DNA from: the human T2T-CHM13v2.0 reference genome, Homo sapiens
Assembly (NCBI RefSeq): GCF_009914755.1
Contig: NC_060927.1
Length of the DNA stretch: 64,000 bases
Direction: 5' to 3' (one strand)
Below, piece after piece: positions 42,527 through 58,265 of the stretch. Below the pieces are notes generated by a model. That model was given only the letters and a program-made list of their open reading frames with translations. It was not told the origin of the DNA and did not search any database. The number at the start of each line of letters is the position of its first letter. Position 1 is the stretch's first letter. The position numbers and the translations under genes are program-made.

Positions 42527-45500
42527 GGCCAGCAAGATGGTGGAATAGAAGTTTCCACCAGTTGTCTCCCCACCACCAGCACACCAGTTTAACACCAATC
42601 TACACATAAAACACTCCTTCATAGGAATAAAGTAATCAGGTAATCCCTGTAGTACCTCGTTTTAACTCGGCGTCACTGAAAAAGGCACAGAAGAGATAGA
42701 AAAAACTGTCTTGAATCGTTGATGTCACCCTTCCCCCACATCCAGCAGTGGTGGCTGCATGGTGTGGAAAGCATTGCTCGGCCCTGGGTGTGGAAGAACC
42801 TGTCAATTGTGAGGCATGAAACTCAGTGATGTTCTATTAGGGCAAAAAGGAAAACTGGACCAAACTCAGCTGATGCCTGCCCACGGAGGTAGCATTTAAA
42901 CCAGCTCTAGCTGGAGGGGAATCTCCAGTCCCAAATTTAAATTCCTCCAAACCTTGTCATTATAAGCTAAAGTTCTCTGAGTCTGTAAGTAAACTTGAAA
43001 GGCAATCTAGGCCATAAGGACTGCAACTCATATGTGAGTACTAGTGCTGAACTAAGCCCAGAGACAGTGGACTTGGGAAGCATGCAACCTATTAAGACAC
43101 CAGCTAGGGCAGCTAAAAGTGCTGGCATCACCTCTCCCCAGGCTGTACAGCTCATGTCTCCAAAAGAGACCCCTTTCTTCCATTTGAGGAGAGGAGAGGG
43201 AAGAATATGGAAGATTTTATCTTGCAACTTGGATACCAGCTCAGCCACAGCAGGATAGGGCACCAGTCAGAGTCAACAGGCTCCTGTTCCAGGCCCTAGC
43301 ACCTGGATGACATTTCTACATACACCCTTGGTGAGAAGGAAACCCAGTTCCTTGAAGGGAAGGATCTAGTCCTGGCATCATTCATCACCTGCTACCTGAA
43401 GAGCGCTTGAGCCCTGAATAACCAGCAGAAATACTCAGGTACTATATTGAGGGCTGTGAGTGAGCCTCTGAGATTTGCCAGCTTTGGGTGAGACTCAGCC
43501 TATTACTAGCTGTGGTGGCTGTGGGGCAAAACTTCTACTGCTTGAGAAAAGCAGAGGGAAAAGTAAAGGGGACTTTATCCTGTATCTTATGTACAGAATG
43601 GCCACAGAGGGATAGACTACTAAGTGGGCTCTTGGGGTCCCTGATTCCAGGACTTGACTCTTGAATGACATCTCTAGACCTGCCCTGGACCAGAAGGGAG
43701 CCCACTGCCCTGAAGGATAATTCCCAGGACAGGTAGCATTCACCACAAGATGACCTAAGAGTCCTTGGGCCTTAAGAGAACATCAGCAGTAGTCTGGCGG
43801 TACTCCCCATGGCCTGTTGGTAATGGTAGCTGTGGGGCGAGGCTCCTCTGCCTTTGGAAAGTGGAGGGAAGAGTGGGAAGGACTGTATCTGTGGTTTGAG
43901 TGCCAGATCAGCTGCAGTACAATAACATACCACATAGACTTCTAAGGTTTTTGACCTTAGTCCTGATGGCACCTCTGGGCCCACCCAGGGACTGGGGAAC
44001 CTCACAGCCCTAAAGGGAAGGACACAGGCCTGGCTGACTTTGCCACTTGCTGATTGTAGATCCCCAGGGCATTGAGTGAATGTAGGCAGCAACAAGGGAG
44101 TTGTTACAGTAGACCTTGGGTAAGACCCCATGTTGTATTCATTTCAGATCTGATCCAGTTCAGTCATAGTGGTGGTGGTGGCTACAGCAGTGCATGTGTC
44201 ACTCCAGCCCCAGCTTTGAGTGGCTCAGAACAGATAGAGACTCCATTTGTTTGAGAGAAAGTAAGGTAAGAGAGCAAGAGTCTCTGCCTGGTAATCCAGA
44301 GAATTCTACCAGATCTTGTCCAAGACCATCAAATTGTTACCTCTGTGAGTCTGCAAGAACCACAGTGTTACTGAGCTTGGGGTGCCCCCTAAAGCAAATA
44401 CAGCATAGATCACAACACCCAAGCCTTTTCAAATATGTGGAAAGCCTTCTCAAGAATGATAGGTGCAAATAACTCCAGAGAGTGAAGACCACATTAAATA
44501 GCTAATTCTTCAATGCCCAGACACCAAGAACATCCAGGAAAATATGACCTCACCAAATGAACTAAAAAAGGCACCAGAGACCAATGCTGGAGAAACAGAC
44601 ATGTTACCTTTCAGACAAAGAATTTAAAATAGCTGTGTTGAGAAAAATCTATGAAATTCAAGATAGCATAAAGAAATAATTCAGAATTATATCTGAATTA
44701 TTAAATTAAATGTATTATTAAATGAAATTATATCTGAATGATTAAATTAAATAAATTAGTAAATTAAATGAAGAGATTGAAATAATTAAAAAGAATCAAG
44801 TGGAAATTCTAGAGCTGAAAAATGCAACTGTTATATTGAATAATGCACCAGAGTCTTCTAATAGCAGAACTGACCAAGCAGAAGAAAGAATTAGTAAGCT
44901 TGAAGACAGGGTATTTGAAAATATACAGTCAGAGGAGACAAAAGGTAAATAATAAAAAACAATGAAACACACCTATAGGATCTAAAAAATAGCCTTAAAA
45001 GGGCAAATCTGAGTTATTGGAGTAGGTAGATGAAGAGATGGGGTAGAAAGTTTATGGAAAGGGATAATAACAGAGAACTTCCCAAACCTAGAGAAAGATA
45101 TTAACATCCAAGTAGAAGAAGGTTATAGAACATCAAGCAGATTTAACACAAAAAGACTACCTCAAGGCATTTAATAATCGAGCTCCCAAAGATCAACGAT
45201 AAAGAAAGGATCCTAAAAGCAGCAAGAAAAAAGAAACAAATAACATACAGTGGCGCTCCAATATGTCTGGCAACAGGTTTTTCAGTGGGAACCTTACAGG
45301 CCAGGAGAGAATGGCATGACATATTTAAAGGGATGAAAGGAAAAAACTTTTACCTAAGAATAGTATATCTGGTGAAAATATCCTTCAAACATGAAGGAGA
45401 AATAAAGGCTTTTCCAAACAAACAAAAGCTGAGGGATTTCATTACCACCAGAGCTTTCCTATAAGCAATGCTAAAGGGAGTATTTCAATGAGAAAAAAAG

Positions 45501-48500
45501 GACATTAATAAGTAATAAGTAATGACCTGAAGCTACAAAACTCACTGGTAATAGTAAATATACAGAAAAACATTGTATGATAACATTGTAACTGTGATGT
45601 GTAAACTAATCTTATCCTAAGTATGAAGGATAAATGATGACCAGTGAAAAATAATAACAACAACTTTTCAAGCCATAGACAGTACAATAAGATATAAATA
45701 GAAACAATAAAAAGTTAAAAACCAGGGAGACAAAGTTAAGGTGTAGAGTTTTTATTAGTTTTCTTTTTGCTTGTTTGTTTGTTTATGCAAACGATGTTAT
45801 GTGGTTATCAGGTTAAAATAATGGGTTACAGAATAGTATTTGCAAGCATCATGGTAACCTCAAACCAAAAAATATACAATGGATAGACAAAAATACAAAG
45901 CAAGAAACTAAGTCATATCACCAGGGAACAGTAAAGGAAGACAGGAAGGAAAGAAAGAAGGAAGAGAAGACCACAAAACAACCAGAAGACAAATAACAAA
46001 ATGGCAGGAATAAGTCCTTACTTATGAATAGTAATATTGATCAGACTAAACTCTCCATTCCAAAAACATAGAGTGGCTGAATGGATGAAAAAACAAGACC
46101 CATTGATCTGTTCCCTACAAGAAACACACTTCACCTATAAAGACACACATTGACTGAAAATAAAAGAATGGAAAAAGATATCCCATGCTAATGGAAACCA
46201 AAAGAGAGCAGTAGAAAGTACAGACAAAATAGATTTCAAGACAAAAACTATAAGAAGAGACAAATAAAGTCACTATATATCACAAAGTGGTCAATTCGAC
46301 AAGAGGATATAACAATTTTAAATTGTTTACATTTTAAATATGCATCTAAACCTGGAGTACCCAGATATATAAAGCAAATATTATTAGAGCTAAAAGCAGA
46401 GATCAACCCTCATGCAATAATACCTGGAAACTTTAGCAACTCATTTTCAGCCTTGGACAGATCTTCCAGACAGAAAATCAACAAGGAAACATCAGATTTA
46501 GTCAACATAATAAAAGCCATATAGGACAGAACCACATATAGTATCATACTGAATGGGGAAAAACTGAAAGCCTTCCCTCTAAGATCTGGAACAAGACAAG
46601 GATGTCCATTTTTACCCTGTTATTCAACACAGTACTGCAAGTCCTACCTAGAACAATCAGACAAAAAGAAGAAATAGAGACCATCTAAACTGGAATGGAA
46701 GAAGTCAAATTATCCTTGTTTGTAGATGATATCATGTTTGGAAAAACCTAAAGACTCCACAAAAAACTATTAGATACACAAGTTCAGTAGTTTCAGGATA
46801 CAAAAATCAACATATAAAAATCAGTAGCATTTTCATATGCTGAGAGTGAACAATCTGAAAAAGAAATTTAAAAAGTAATCCTATTTACAGTAGACATAAA
46901 TAAAGTTAAATATCTAGGAACTGACTTAACCAAAGAAGTGAAAGAGTTCTATAAGAAAAACTATAAAACACTGAGAAAAGAAATTAAAGAGGACACCAAA
47001 AAATGCAAAAGTATCCCTGTTCATGAACTGGATGAATCAATATTATTAAAATGCCCATACTCCCCCAAACAATCTACAGATTCAATGCAATCCTTATCAA
47101 AATTTTAATGAAGTCCCTCACATAAATACAAAAAAAAATCCTAAAATTTATATGAAACCACAAAAGACCCAAAACAGCCAAAGCTATTCTAAGCAAAAAG
47201 AACCACATTACCTGACTTCAAATTATACTACAGAGCTATAGTAACCAAAACAGCGTGGCACTGGCATAAGAACAGACACATAGACCAAGGAACAGAATCT
47301 AGAACCCAGAAACAAATCCACACACCTACAGTGAACTAATTTGCAACAAAGGTGCCAAGAACACACACTGGGGAAAAGACAGTATCTTCAATAAATGGTA
47401 CTGGGAAAACTGGATATCCATATGCAGAAGAATGAAACTAGGCCCCATCTCTTGCCACATACAAAAATCAAATCAAAATGGATGAAAGATTTAAATCTAA
47501 GACCTCAAACTATAAAACTACTACGGGAAAACTTTGGGGAAACTCTCCAGGATATTGGTCTGGGCAAGAATGTCTTGAACAACACTCCACAAGCATAGGC
47601 AACCAAAGCAAGCATAGGCAACCAAAGCAAAAATGGACAAATGGGATCACATCAAGTTAAAAAGCTTTTGCATAGCAAAGAAACAATCAACAAAGTGAAG
47701 ACAGAAACCACAAAATGGGGGGAAATATTTGCAAACTATTCATCTGACAATGCATTTATAACCAGAATACAAAGAGCTCAAACAACTCTATAGGAAAACA
47801 AGGTAATAATCAGATTAAAAATAGGAAAACTATTTGAATAGATACTTCTCTAAAGAAGACATACAAATGGCAAACAGGCATATGAAAAATATGAAAAGGT
47901 GCTCAACACCACCGATAATCAGAGAAAAGAGCATCAAACTGCAATGAGATATCATCTCACCCCAGCTAAAATGGCTTTTATCCAAAAGATAGGTAATAAC
48001 AAATGCTGGCAAGGATCTGGAAAAAAGGAAACCATGGTACCGTGTTGGTGGGAATGTAAATTAGTACAGCCACTGTGGAGAACAGTTTGGAGGTTCCTGA
48101 AAAAAACTAAAAATAGAGCTACCATATGATCCAGAAATCCCACTGCTGCTGGGTATATACCCAAAAGAAAGGAAATCAGTATATTGAAGAGATACCTGCA
48201 CTCCCATGTCTGTTGCAGCACTGTTAACAATACCTAAGATTTGGAAGCACCATAAGGGCCTATCATCAGATTAACTGATACCTATACACAATGGAGTATT
48301 ATTCAACCATAAAAAAGAATAAGATTCTGTCATTTGCAACAACATGGATGGAACTGAAGATCATTATGTTAAGTGAAATAAGTCAGGGACAGAAGTACAA
48401 ACATCACATATTCTGACTTACTTTTGGGATCTAAAAATCAAAACAGTTAAAATCATGGAGACAGAGAATAGAAGGATGCTTACCAGAGGCTGAGAAGGGG

Positions 48501-48852
48501 TAGTGGGGTGCTGGAGGGGAGGGGAGGATGGTTAAAGGGTACAAAAAAATAGTTAGAAAGAATGAATAAGAACTACTACTTGATAACACAACAGGGTGAC
48601 TATAGTTAATAATCACTTAATTGTACATTTCAAAATAACTCAGAGTATAATTGGATTGCTTTTAATACAAAGGATAAATGCTTGAGGGGATGGATACCCC
48701 ATTCTCCATGATGTGATTATTATACATTGCATGCCTGTATCAAAACATCTCATGAACCCTATAAATTTATATACCTACTATTTGCCCCATAAATTTATAT
48801 GCCTACTATGTACCCATAAAAATTAAAAATAAAAAGAATAAAAATATAAAAT
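42527..48852 (+). mobile_element. Old L1 (L1MA2-like) with 5'UTR, ORF1, ORF2 and 3'UTR; internal ORF2 deletion at ~46500
   Basis: 5' cagcaagatggtggaatagaag; ORF1-like 44510-45500; ORF2 start atggcaggaataagtcc at 46001; L1MA-type 3'UTR (ggataaatgcttgaggggatggataccccatt); A-rich tail. Confidence 0.9.
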
Positions 48853-49393
48853 AATTTTTTCCTCTTTTTAAATACAACATTTACAGCTATTAATTTTCCT
48901 CTAAGCACTGCCTTAGTGGTATTCCTTAAGTTTTAGTATATTGTAACTTAATTTTTCATTCATCTCAAAGTATTTTCTAATGTCCTTTGTGATTTCTTTC
49001 CTGACCCATTTTTTAGTAGTATGTTTCATTTCCACGTATTTGTGATTTTCCTATATTTATTTATGTTATTAATTTCCATGTTATTACATTGAGATTGGGG
49101 GAAATAATTTGTATGATTTCAATCATTTAAAATTTATTGAAGCTTGTGTGTGGCCTGGAATATAGTCTATCCTGAAAAATATTCCATTGTACTTGAAAAG
49201 ATGCTAATTCTTTACACAGAAAAATTATCTGGATAGAAAACATATAGAAGTGTGGGAATTGGTAAGGTAAAGTGGAGTAAGACACAGCTTAGTGTTTTTT
49301 GTAGTAGGGGATACAGAAATGAAGGAAGAAGAAGTTCACTATAAGCTCAGATGCATCAATAAGGTGGGCAAGCAAGAGCAAGTTGTGGGACTA

Positions 49394-49965
<572 letters not shown>

Positions 49966-50656
49966 AAACAGGAGAAAATTGGATGAAAATCTCTATTTGG
50001 AAGAGCTAACCTCCCTACCTCCCACTAGAGCAAGCAGATCCCAGGTAGCCAGCTGTTTATCTCTAGGTTGGATACTGGAGCTTTTTAAACTCAATAGTCC
50101 CAGATAAAAGATATTTGCATCTGCTTGCCTGTTCTGCATCTAGCATTTTATGATTCACTACCAGAAACTCAAAAGCTGCTTTAAGAGAGCTCATACTGAC
50201 TTTCCTGAAACAGTAAGGAGCACCAAAAGAAAAAACAAAACTCAATCCTCCCTGTATGGTCCAACTTGCAAGGAGCTGTTTGATTTGCTTGCACTGTGCT
50301 CTCTGTCTACACATAAATGTCACTTTCTCAGGGAAATGGTACCTAGAGGCCCCCCATGTGTTTTGACCCAACACTCCAACACTTGAAAACCAAGTCTCTG
50401 AAGTCTAGTTGTTCAGGTTCCAATCCTGTCTTCACTGCTTACTATATTGCATTTTCCAGATTCCGTATGGTTAAGTTTGGCCAGTTAATGTGAGTAGAAG
50501 TAGTCTGTGCAACTTTAAGACCTCCCATGCATGGCCTTTCCTCCATTAAGCTGGCTGGAATGGAGTCAGTCACCAAGTTGGACTTGGTAGCTTCAAGATG
50601 GAAGGCGCTTGAGTCTGTTGGTTAGTGCTTGGAAGACTGTTGTCTGCTTCCTAGAA

Positions 50657-50887
50657 ATACCTAGCTTCACCTTAGCTAATACAGCATTTTTTCCTGCCTT
50701 CTTATTCTTCTTAGCAATGAAAAATGTAAGTCCAGGGGCACCAAAAGAAGTACAGTGAAAAACGATGGCTTTACTTTGACTCTTTGTTCCCTGGTAGATA
50801 AGCAACTGGCTGTTCTATGCACTGCAGGGAAAGCAGTGGAATGTTTCAAAAGACCACAGAATGCTCATTTCCAATAAGCAATGGATA
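50657..50887 (+). repeat. Source copy of the 231-bp duplication
   Basis: atacctagcttcacc...ccaataagcaatggata. Confidence 0.97.
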
Positions 50888-52539
50888 ATAACAACAATAA
50901 CAGTAATACCATTAATGGTAATAATAATAAACATAAATCTCTCTTCAGCAGGCCCTAAATGTCGCTCAGTGGCCTAAGGGCTATTATGACTCCAGTGTGA
51001 CTAGGCCCCGCTGTGGCCTTTTCTAAGGCAAAGGAGTTGTGGGGTGGGGGGCAAAAACCTCTAAGCTTGGTACACAATAGAACATAACCTCCTTCTCTCC
51101 ACTGGTTTTCATAAGAAGCCAGTGGAGATCTGTCAGGGCAAAAGCTTTCTACAGAGCCTCCTAGAATGGCAACGCCTGATGCCTAACACTTTTACTGGAG
51201 AGCGCCTGGCAGGCATAATGAAGTCAGTAATTTTTCCTGCTTGCAGCCTTGAATTAGGCCACATGGTAGAGCTTTCTAGGCTGGTGAAAAAAAAGTACTA
51301 CAGAACTTTAGAAAAATGGTAACGCCTTATTAAATTATTTGAAATCTCTGGAGTTGCATCTCTTTTATGGCTCCAAATTGGTATACCTATTAACTTAAGA
51401 GTGTTCAAATTTTTCTAAAATATTATTGTATTTAAGACATAATGCCATTCCCAAACTGCACATGAATTACAGAGCGTCAGGGAAAGAGAGAGAGACTCAC
51501 CATTTCCAGGCTTAAAAACCTTTACCACAATTAGTAGTTAGTAGCTTTCAGAAACATTTGCTGGATAAGTAACCACGGTCAAATCGCATCATTTTGCCCC
51601 CACCCCTCCTCCTCTCCTTTCTTTTATTCCACGGTTTTGAGTGCTGGTCTAAGAGCTATAATTTCATCTTTAGGCATATTTCTGCAGGCATCTTTAATGA
51701 GGCATTTGATTTGTCCAGTCCTGCTTCCCTGAATTCAGCCATTTAGGGATTTAGGGTTGGGAGAGTGTGAGAAGAAGGGAACATGGAATACCACCATGAT
51801 GCTGAGAAAATACAATCTAAGGATTCAAAGAGATTGTGAATTATCTTCTTTCCCCTTTGGGCAGGGCTATATCTAATAGCATTCTAGATAGATAATTTTC
51901 CATTTTCAATTATTTATTGCAAGCCTATTGTGTGCCATATATATTTTCAGCATGAGAGGTACAAAAATGATTTTATCCTATTTTTTGAAAGCTTTCAGAT
52001 ATGTAAGAATTTCAGTAGTTTATGAACTCAGTGTAGGAGTAATTAAATACCCTACTTTTATTATTTAGCAACTTTGTACCTGAAAATAAGAATGAAGGAA
52101 AATACACCGTTTATAAAAAACTGAAGTTTTGCCTATCTTGTTCACTTAGTTCTGGACACCCTTAGTATGCCCTTAATAAGTATTTGTCCTATACTTAAAA
52201 ACCTTATGGGAAAGAAAGACATTTAGATAATTCTCTAATAATTGAAATAAAACAGTTGTGCTGAAATGAATAAAATATTTGTAGAAAAATTAAATATTTC
52301 CATACTGAAAGTAGGAATTATTTTCATTGTCTGACTGTGTGTGTACAGAGTCACCAATGGGTTACTTTGCTAAAATTTCTAAGTGGAACTTGGAGCTCAT
52401 TGTGTCTGAGAAACAATGTTGTTAGTGGTAGTATAGGTCTCTAATCTATTCCACAAAATCCTGCAATACAGCTTTTTAATGTATTAAGTACTTTTTTTTC
52501 CCACAAAATGGATATGTTTTTAAGTTAAATAAAAAACAC

Positions 52540-52576
52540 TGTGTGTGTGTGTTTGCGTGTGTGTGTGTGTGTGTGT
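52540..52576 (+). repeat. Interrupted (TG)n microsatellite
   Basis: tgtgtgtgtgtgtttgcgtgtgtgtgtgtgtgtgtgt. Confidence 0.9.
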
Positions 52577-54239
52577 TTTACTTAACTGTTACTTGTGAAT
52601 AGTCACTTGAGAAAAGCAAGTTTAATTAGGAAGTATATGAGGATATAGGTGCATATGAATTCAGCAGAAATTTGGAAATGGATTTTTCAGCCCTGTTACT
52701 GGCTTGAGTAGATAAGAGCATTTGTTTGTTTCGTATTCAGTGGACAATAGGATTCCTACCTTAAATGTATTTTGTTTTCCTTTATTCTGTTATGTTGGTA
52801 GAAATACCCTTTTATTTATCAAGTAATATTTTTGGTTTACCAATGAAATAAAAGGCAGAAAAATGAAGAAAAAAGAGAAAGCCTCTCTGAGAAGAATAGG
52901 AAATGATTGGAATTAAGAGATCAAGATGAAAGAAAGAAACTATGGAGGAAGTCAGAGTAGTAAGTGATGAAAATAGTCAAATGTCCAGTGTTTGCATGCC
53001 ATCTCCTAAGGGGGCAAAAGAACAGTAGTAGAGAAAAGAACCTACTGAAGTGAGTGCTGGGAACACTCTAGGTAAGCTCCATTGGAGAGTGTGGTCAGCA
53101 GGGCCATGTGCAAAAGGGAAAGTGCATTCAGTGGGAGAAAATAAACTGTCTGAGAAGTGAATGGCATTTGCCATAAGTGTGGCTTATAAGCTCGTTGGGA
53201 AAAAAAAAAAAAAGAGAGATCGTTTTGCATTTTTCTTTGAAGGTTGACAGAGCTTACTGTTCTGAGTGCTGGCTTCCCTTACCCTAGCGGAAATAAGACG
53301 CCTTTAGTTTGTTAAGCTGGTGACTGAGGACTGACTGTATTGCTCCAAAGCTAGAGGTTGGCAATGTTGAAGGAGCAAAGGGGAGGTCTACCTTTAGGAA
53401 GAATTACATTTCCTGGAACTGGGAGGTTGGAGATTGTGTGTGCCAAGGTCTGGGACTTCTGATGAGGAGGCGCTGTGGATGCTGGGCCTTAACACAAGTG
53501 GTGGTGGCACTGAGAGCTGTGACAGGCTCTGGAGGCACATTTGGCATAAGGGAGCAGATACTGCAAAGATTCAGCCTTTCCGCTCCCAAAGGGTCTTTGT
53601 CAATTCAGGCAAAGAGCATTTCAGATGTGACTCCAATGAACTGCAAGCTAGAGGTTCCCTCCAATGTCCCTGGGTTGCCATAGCAGTAGATTTCCTGTAA
53701 GATTTCAAGTGAGGGGAAAAGCCACACTCCAAAATGACTGAGGTGTGATTTCTCAGAACCCCTATGTGTGGGTAATGCACTACATTTAATGTAAATTAGA
53801 AAAACAAAAACTATATTTTGCTGTTGGCATGTCCTGACATGCTTGTTTTTATAATTTTACTAGATGTGCAGTGGTCCATTAAAAATACATAGAATTGTTT
53901 TGAGTATTTTGGAATTTTATATAAATGACATCATACTGTTAAGAGAAATGGGATGAGGGAGTAGAGTGTGTGTACTGTATTATGTATTTAGAAAAAGATC
54001 TGAAGCGAATATAGTAAAATGTTAACATTTGTTAAATCCGGTTGGTGGATATACAGGTGTCTTGCAAGTTTTTATTCCTGTACTTTTCTGTATGTCTGAA
54101 CATTTGGTTATTTTTTAAAAAATAAAGAAAAAAAACAGAGAAAAACCAACATAATATTTCTGGACTCCAAGAGTCATGGAATGTTTAATATTAGTTTTAC
54201 TTGAAATATTTGTAAATTGGTTTGTTACAAGTCTTGAGG

Positions 54240-55330
<1,091 letters not shown>

Positions 55331-55334
55331 TGCC

Positions 55335-55902
55335 ACTTGCCATTAGTTTTTGACCATCCAAGATCTAAATTCCCATATATTTAGAGATTCTCCTATATAA
55401 TGAATCTAAGCCTATCCTCAACATGGAAGTCACAAGTGCAAATACTGACTTTCTCAGAGTCTTCTGCATCTTGGACACATGACCTAGATCATACCATTCA
55501 GATCATTTTTCCCCAACTTTGACTTAGAAGCTAGTGTTGTTATGAATTTTGGTGAGAGAGGTGGCAGCAGCAGCAACAGCAGTTAAATCCATTTTTCAGA
55601 AACTGCAGAGCCTGTGGTTATGATGAAATTGGTACACTGTCCAGCTCTAATGTGGTGAGAAGCTCAAGGCTGGATATGTCTGTTCAACAGTGGCAAATGG
55701 GATGCAATCACTGGATCTGTGGCATGAATGAGGGCCTATTCCTCATTGTGTATTATCCAATCCTGTTTTCTTAGCACTCTTTGTGATTCTATGGGTTATG
55801 CAAACAAATGTTTTTTATTTTCTTTTTTAACAAATACCTTTTCTGCTTAAGTTAACTTTCATTGGTTTATGTTTTCTTTTCAAGATTGGGACTAGACTGA
55901 AA
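55335..55902 (+). mobile_element. LTR33-like ERVL LTR
   Basis: actttctcagagtcttctgcatcttgg...tgacctagatcataccattcagatc...caaataccttttctgcttaa. Confidence 0.6.
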
Positions 55903-55984
55903 CACATAGGCACAAAATTTGAGAAAGCACTCATTATTTACTATTTTGTCATGAAGTTTCAAACTTGGGCTTGCACATCTCTGA

Positions 55985-56050
55985 AAGTGAATGCCTCCTT
56001 AAATTTTGTGCCCCAGGTGCCTCACTTACTTTATTCGAGATCCAGCTTTG
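55985..56050 (+). mobile_element. MER91-like hAT-Tip100 fragment
   Basis: gcctccttaaattttgtgccccaggtgcctcactt. Confidence 0.55.
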
Positions 56051-56429
56051 TGCTTGCAATGATAAGAAGTTATGGAATCCAACTTTTCTGAATACCTGGA
56101 GTTTCTGGTTATAAGTGATGAGTGGTCTGTCTCACAAAGCTAAGTAGTGAAATATTTCTGCGGGAGTAGCTTTGGGTTCTTCCAGAATGAACACATCACT
56201 CTCTTCCAGCCTGCATAAGAGAAGGCAAGGAATAAACTAGAATTTGAAGAGGTTAGTAGGGAGAATCGTTTTTTCATGAAATTGTCAATGTGCTACAAGT
56301 TTCTTTTTCCCCCAACTAATAGGGAAGAGTCATGCTCCCTTTTCACTTCAAAGTGAGTGGAGCTTAAAGAGAATAATCTGTAGTGCTTTGCCTCGCAGTA
56401 AATCTTGATAAACCCACACTAGATCTTAG

Positions 56430-56885
56430 CTCTTCCTTTTCTCTTTGGCCTCATGTCTTTCTACTCTCTTCCCCCTACTCCACCCCTATCACTCTTGTCT
56501 AACCAAACTGTCCTCATTACTGTTTTTCAATAAGCCAGGCCACATCCTGCTCTAGAGCTTTTACTTTTATTATTCTCTGGCCTGGAACCTCTTCCTCCAT
56601 TTGTCCACTCCTTTACCTCCATTTCTACTTAACTGTTACCTTCTCCGGACACCCCTACCTAAATAGCACCTCTTTGATATTTTCCATCCATTTTTCCTAC
56701 TATGTTCTTTACTCTAGAGCTTATCTCTCTGATATATTTCATTTATCTATCTAGTAGAATGCAAGCTCAGTGAAGATAGAAACCCTTGTCTATTTTGTTT
56801 GTTGCTGTATCCCAAGCATCTAGATCAGTGTCTGGTAGAATAGGTGCTTAATAGCTACTTGTTCAAAGAATGACTCAGTAATGAG
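56430..56885 (+). mobile_element. L2 3' end
   Basis: ctagtagaatgcaagctcagtgaagatagaaacccttgtctattttg...taggtgcttaata. Confidence 0.7.
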
Positions 56886-57019
56886 TGGAAGTGGAAATTT
56901 ATCCAGAAAGAGAAAAAGCTAATCATGCCCCCGTCCCTTGTTATATGCATACTCCTGGAAGTCTTCCAAATCCAGCACAGGACACAACTGAGTATGTGCT
57001 GAGATTTTAAGCTAGGTGG

Positions 57020-58265
57020 AGTTTGGAGTTCAGTTCTCTGCTTTCTGGGCACAGAGAAGAATTTCACTTCCGCTCCTTCTTTTGGCATAATCATATGGCT
57101 TTCTTTGCCAATAAAATGTGGGTGGAAGTGACAAGAGTCATTCCAGACAGAAGCATTAAAAGCTAGTGCACAGTTTGCCACATTCTCTTCCGACAGCTAT
57201 CATGATCGTGAAAAATTGTGTTGTGATACATGCCTCAGTTAGCTTGGCCTTTGAATGACTCAGAGGAGGAAAATTCTGCTGCCAACTTATGATGGACATT
57301 CAGTTGGAGTAAGAAATAAACTTGTGTTGTGATAAGTCACTAAGATTTTTGGATTGTTTGAATGGGCTGAATATTTAGTGGACTATGGTAGTCATTAATG
57401 CTGTTCATCAAATATTTTTAGCTTTCTGACTTCCATGCATGTGGTAGATTTGAACGTCTTGCCATCTGATATCCATGGTTAAGTTGAGCCCTATGACTAG
57501 CTCTGGTCAACGGCTTGTGAGCAGAGAGGACATGAATGCCTTACAGACTGGTGCATTCAAGTGTCAGATGAACCTCCAGAGATATAATCCCCTCTGATGA
57601 AGGGCCTAGAAGTTAAGTTTTGCAACTAAGATCCACTGAAATCTAGAGACCTAACAGAAATCTTTGAAATACTACAATTATTTACAAATGGTGAGCTTGT
57701 AAAATGAGAAGACTAATTCTAGTTTTAATTCTGGTTTGCCCCTCCCTTCCCTTCCCTTCCCTTTTCCTTCTTTCCTCCCTTCCTTCCTTCCTCTTTCCTT
57801 CCTTTTCTCCCTGCTTCTTGCCTTCTCTTTTTGCAGTACTTGTTGAGGCTAACCCCTCATAATTCTTCCGATTCCAAATGATTTGTTTTAGTCAATTAGG
57901 GTAATCAATTTCCCTTGCCAATGGTTGGTTTTATAAATAGCATATGACCCAATCCTGCCAATGAACCATGACTAAAGTCTTATAGGGACTTTCTGTGAGA
58001 GGTTTTCTTTCTTTGAAAAGAAAACACAAGAACAGTTTCCTTCTGCTTAGTTTGATGCCTAGAATTACCACATCCATTTTCTTACTGGCCCAAGAAACAA
58101 GCAAACACAGAGAAGAACTGAGCGAAGATAATTGCTAATAAGCAGTTATAGAGCTTATCCTAACCTTTGGACTTTTATTATGAGAGTTCATAAATCCCCA
58201 TATTATTTATATCAGTCTGAGCTACAGCTTGCTGCTGGTTGCAGGCCAAAACATTCTGATACACC
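57020..58265 (+). mobile_element. Cluster of old MLT1 (J/K/L-type) LTR fragments with a CT-rich tract at 57740-57830
   Basis: ctttgccaataaaatgtgggtggaagtgac; gagtaagaaataaacttgtgttgtgataagtcactaagattt; tagcatgacccaatcctgccaatga. Confidence 0.55.

Noticed and set aside
53404-53780. Cluster of overlapping ORFs in a somewhat GC-richer unique patch
   Set aside because: No recognisable protein similarity and no convincing splice-site pair; a regulatory role cannot be supported from sequence alone.
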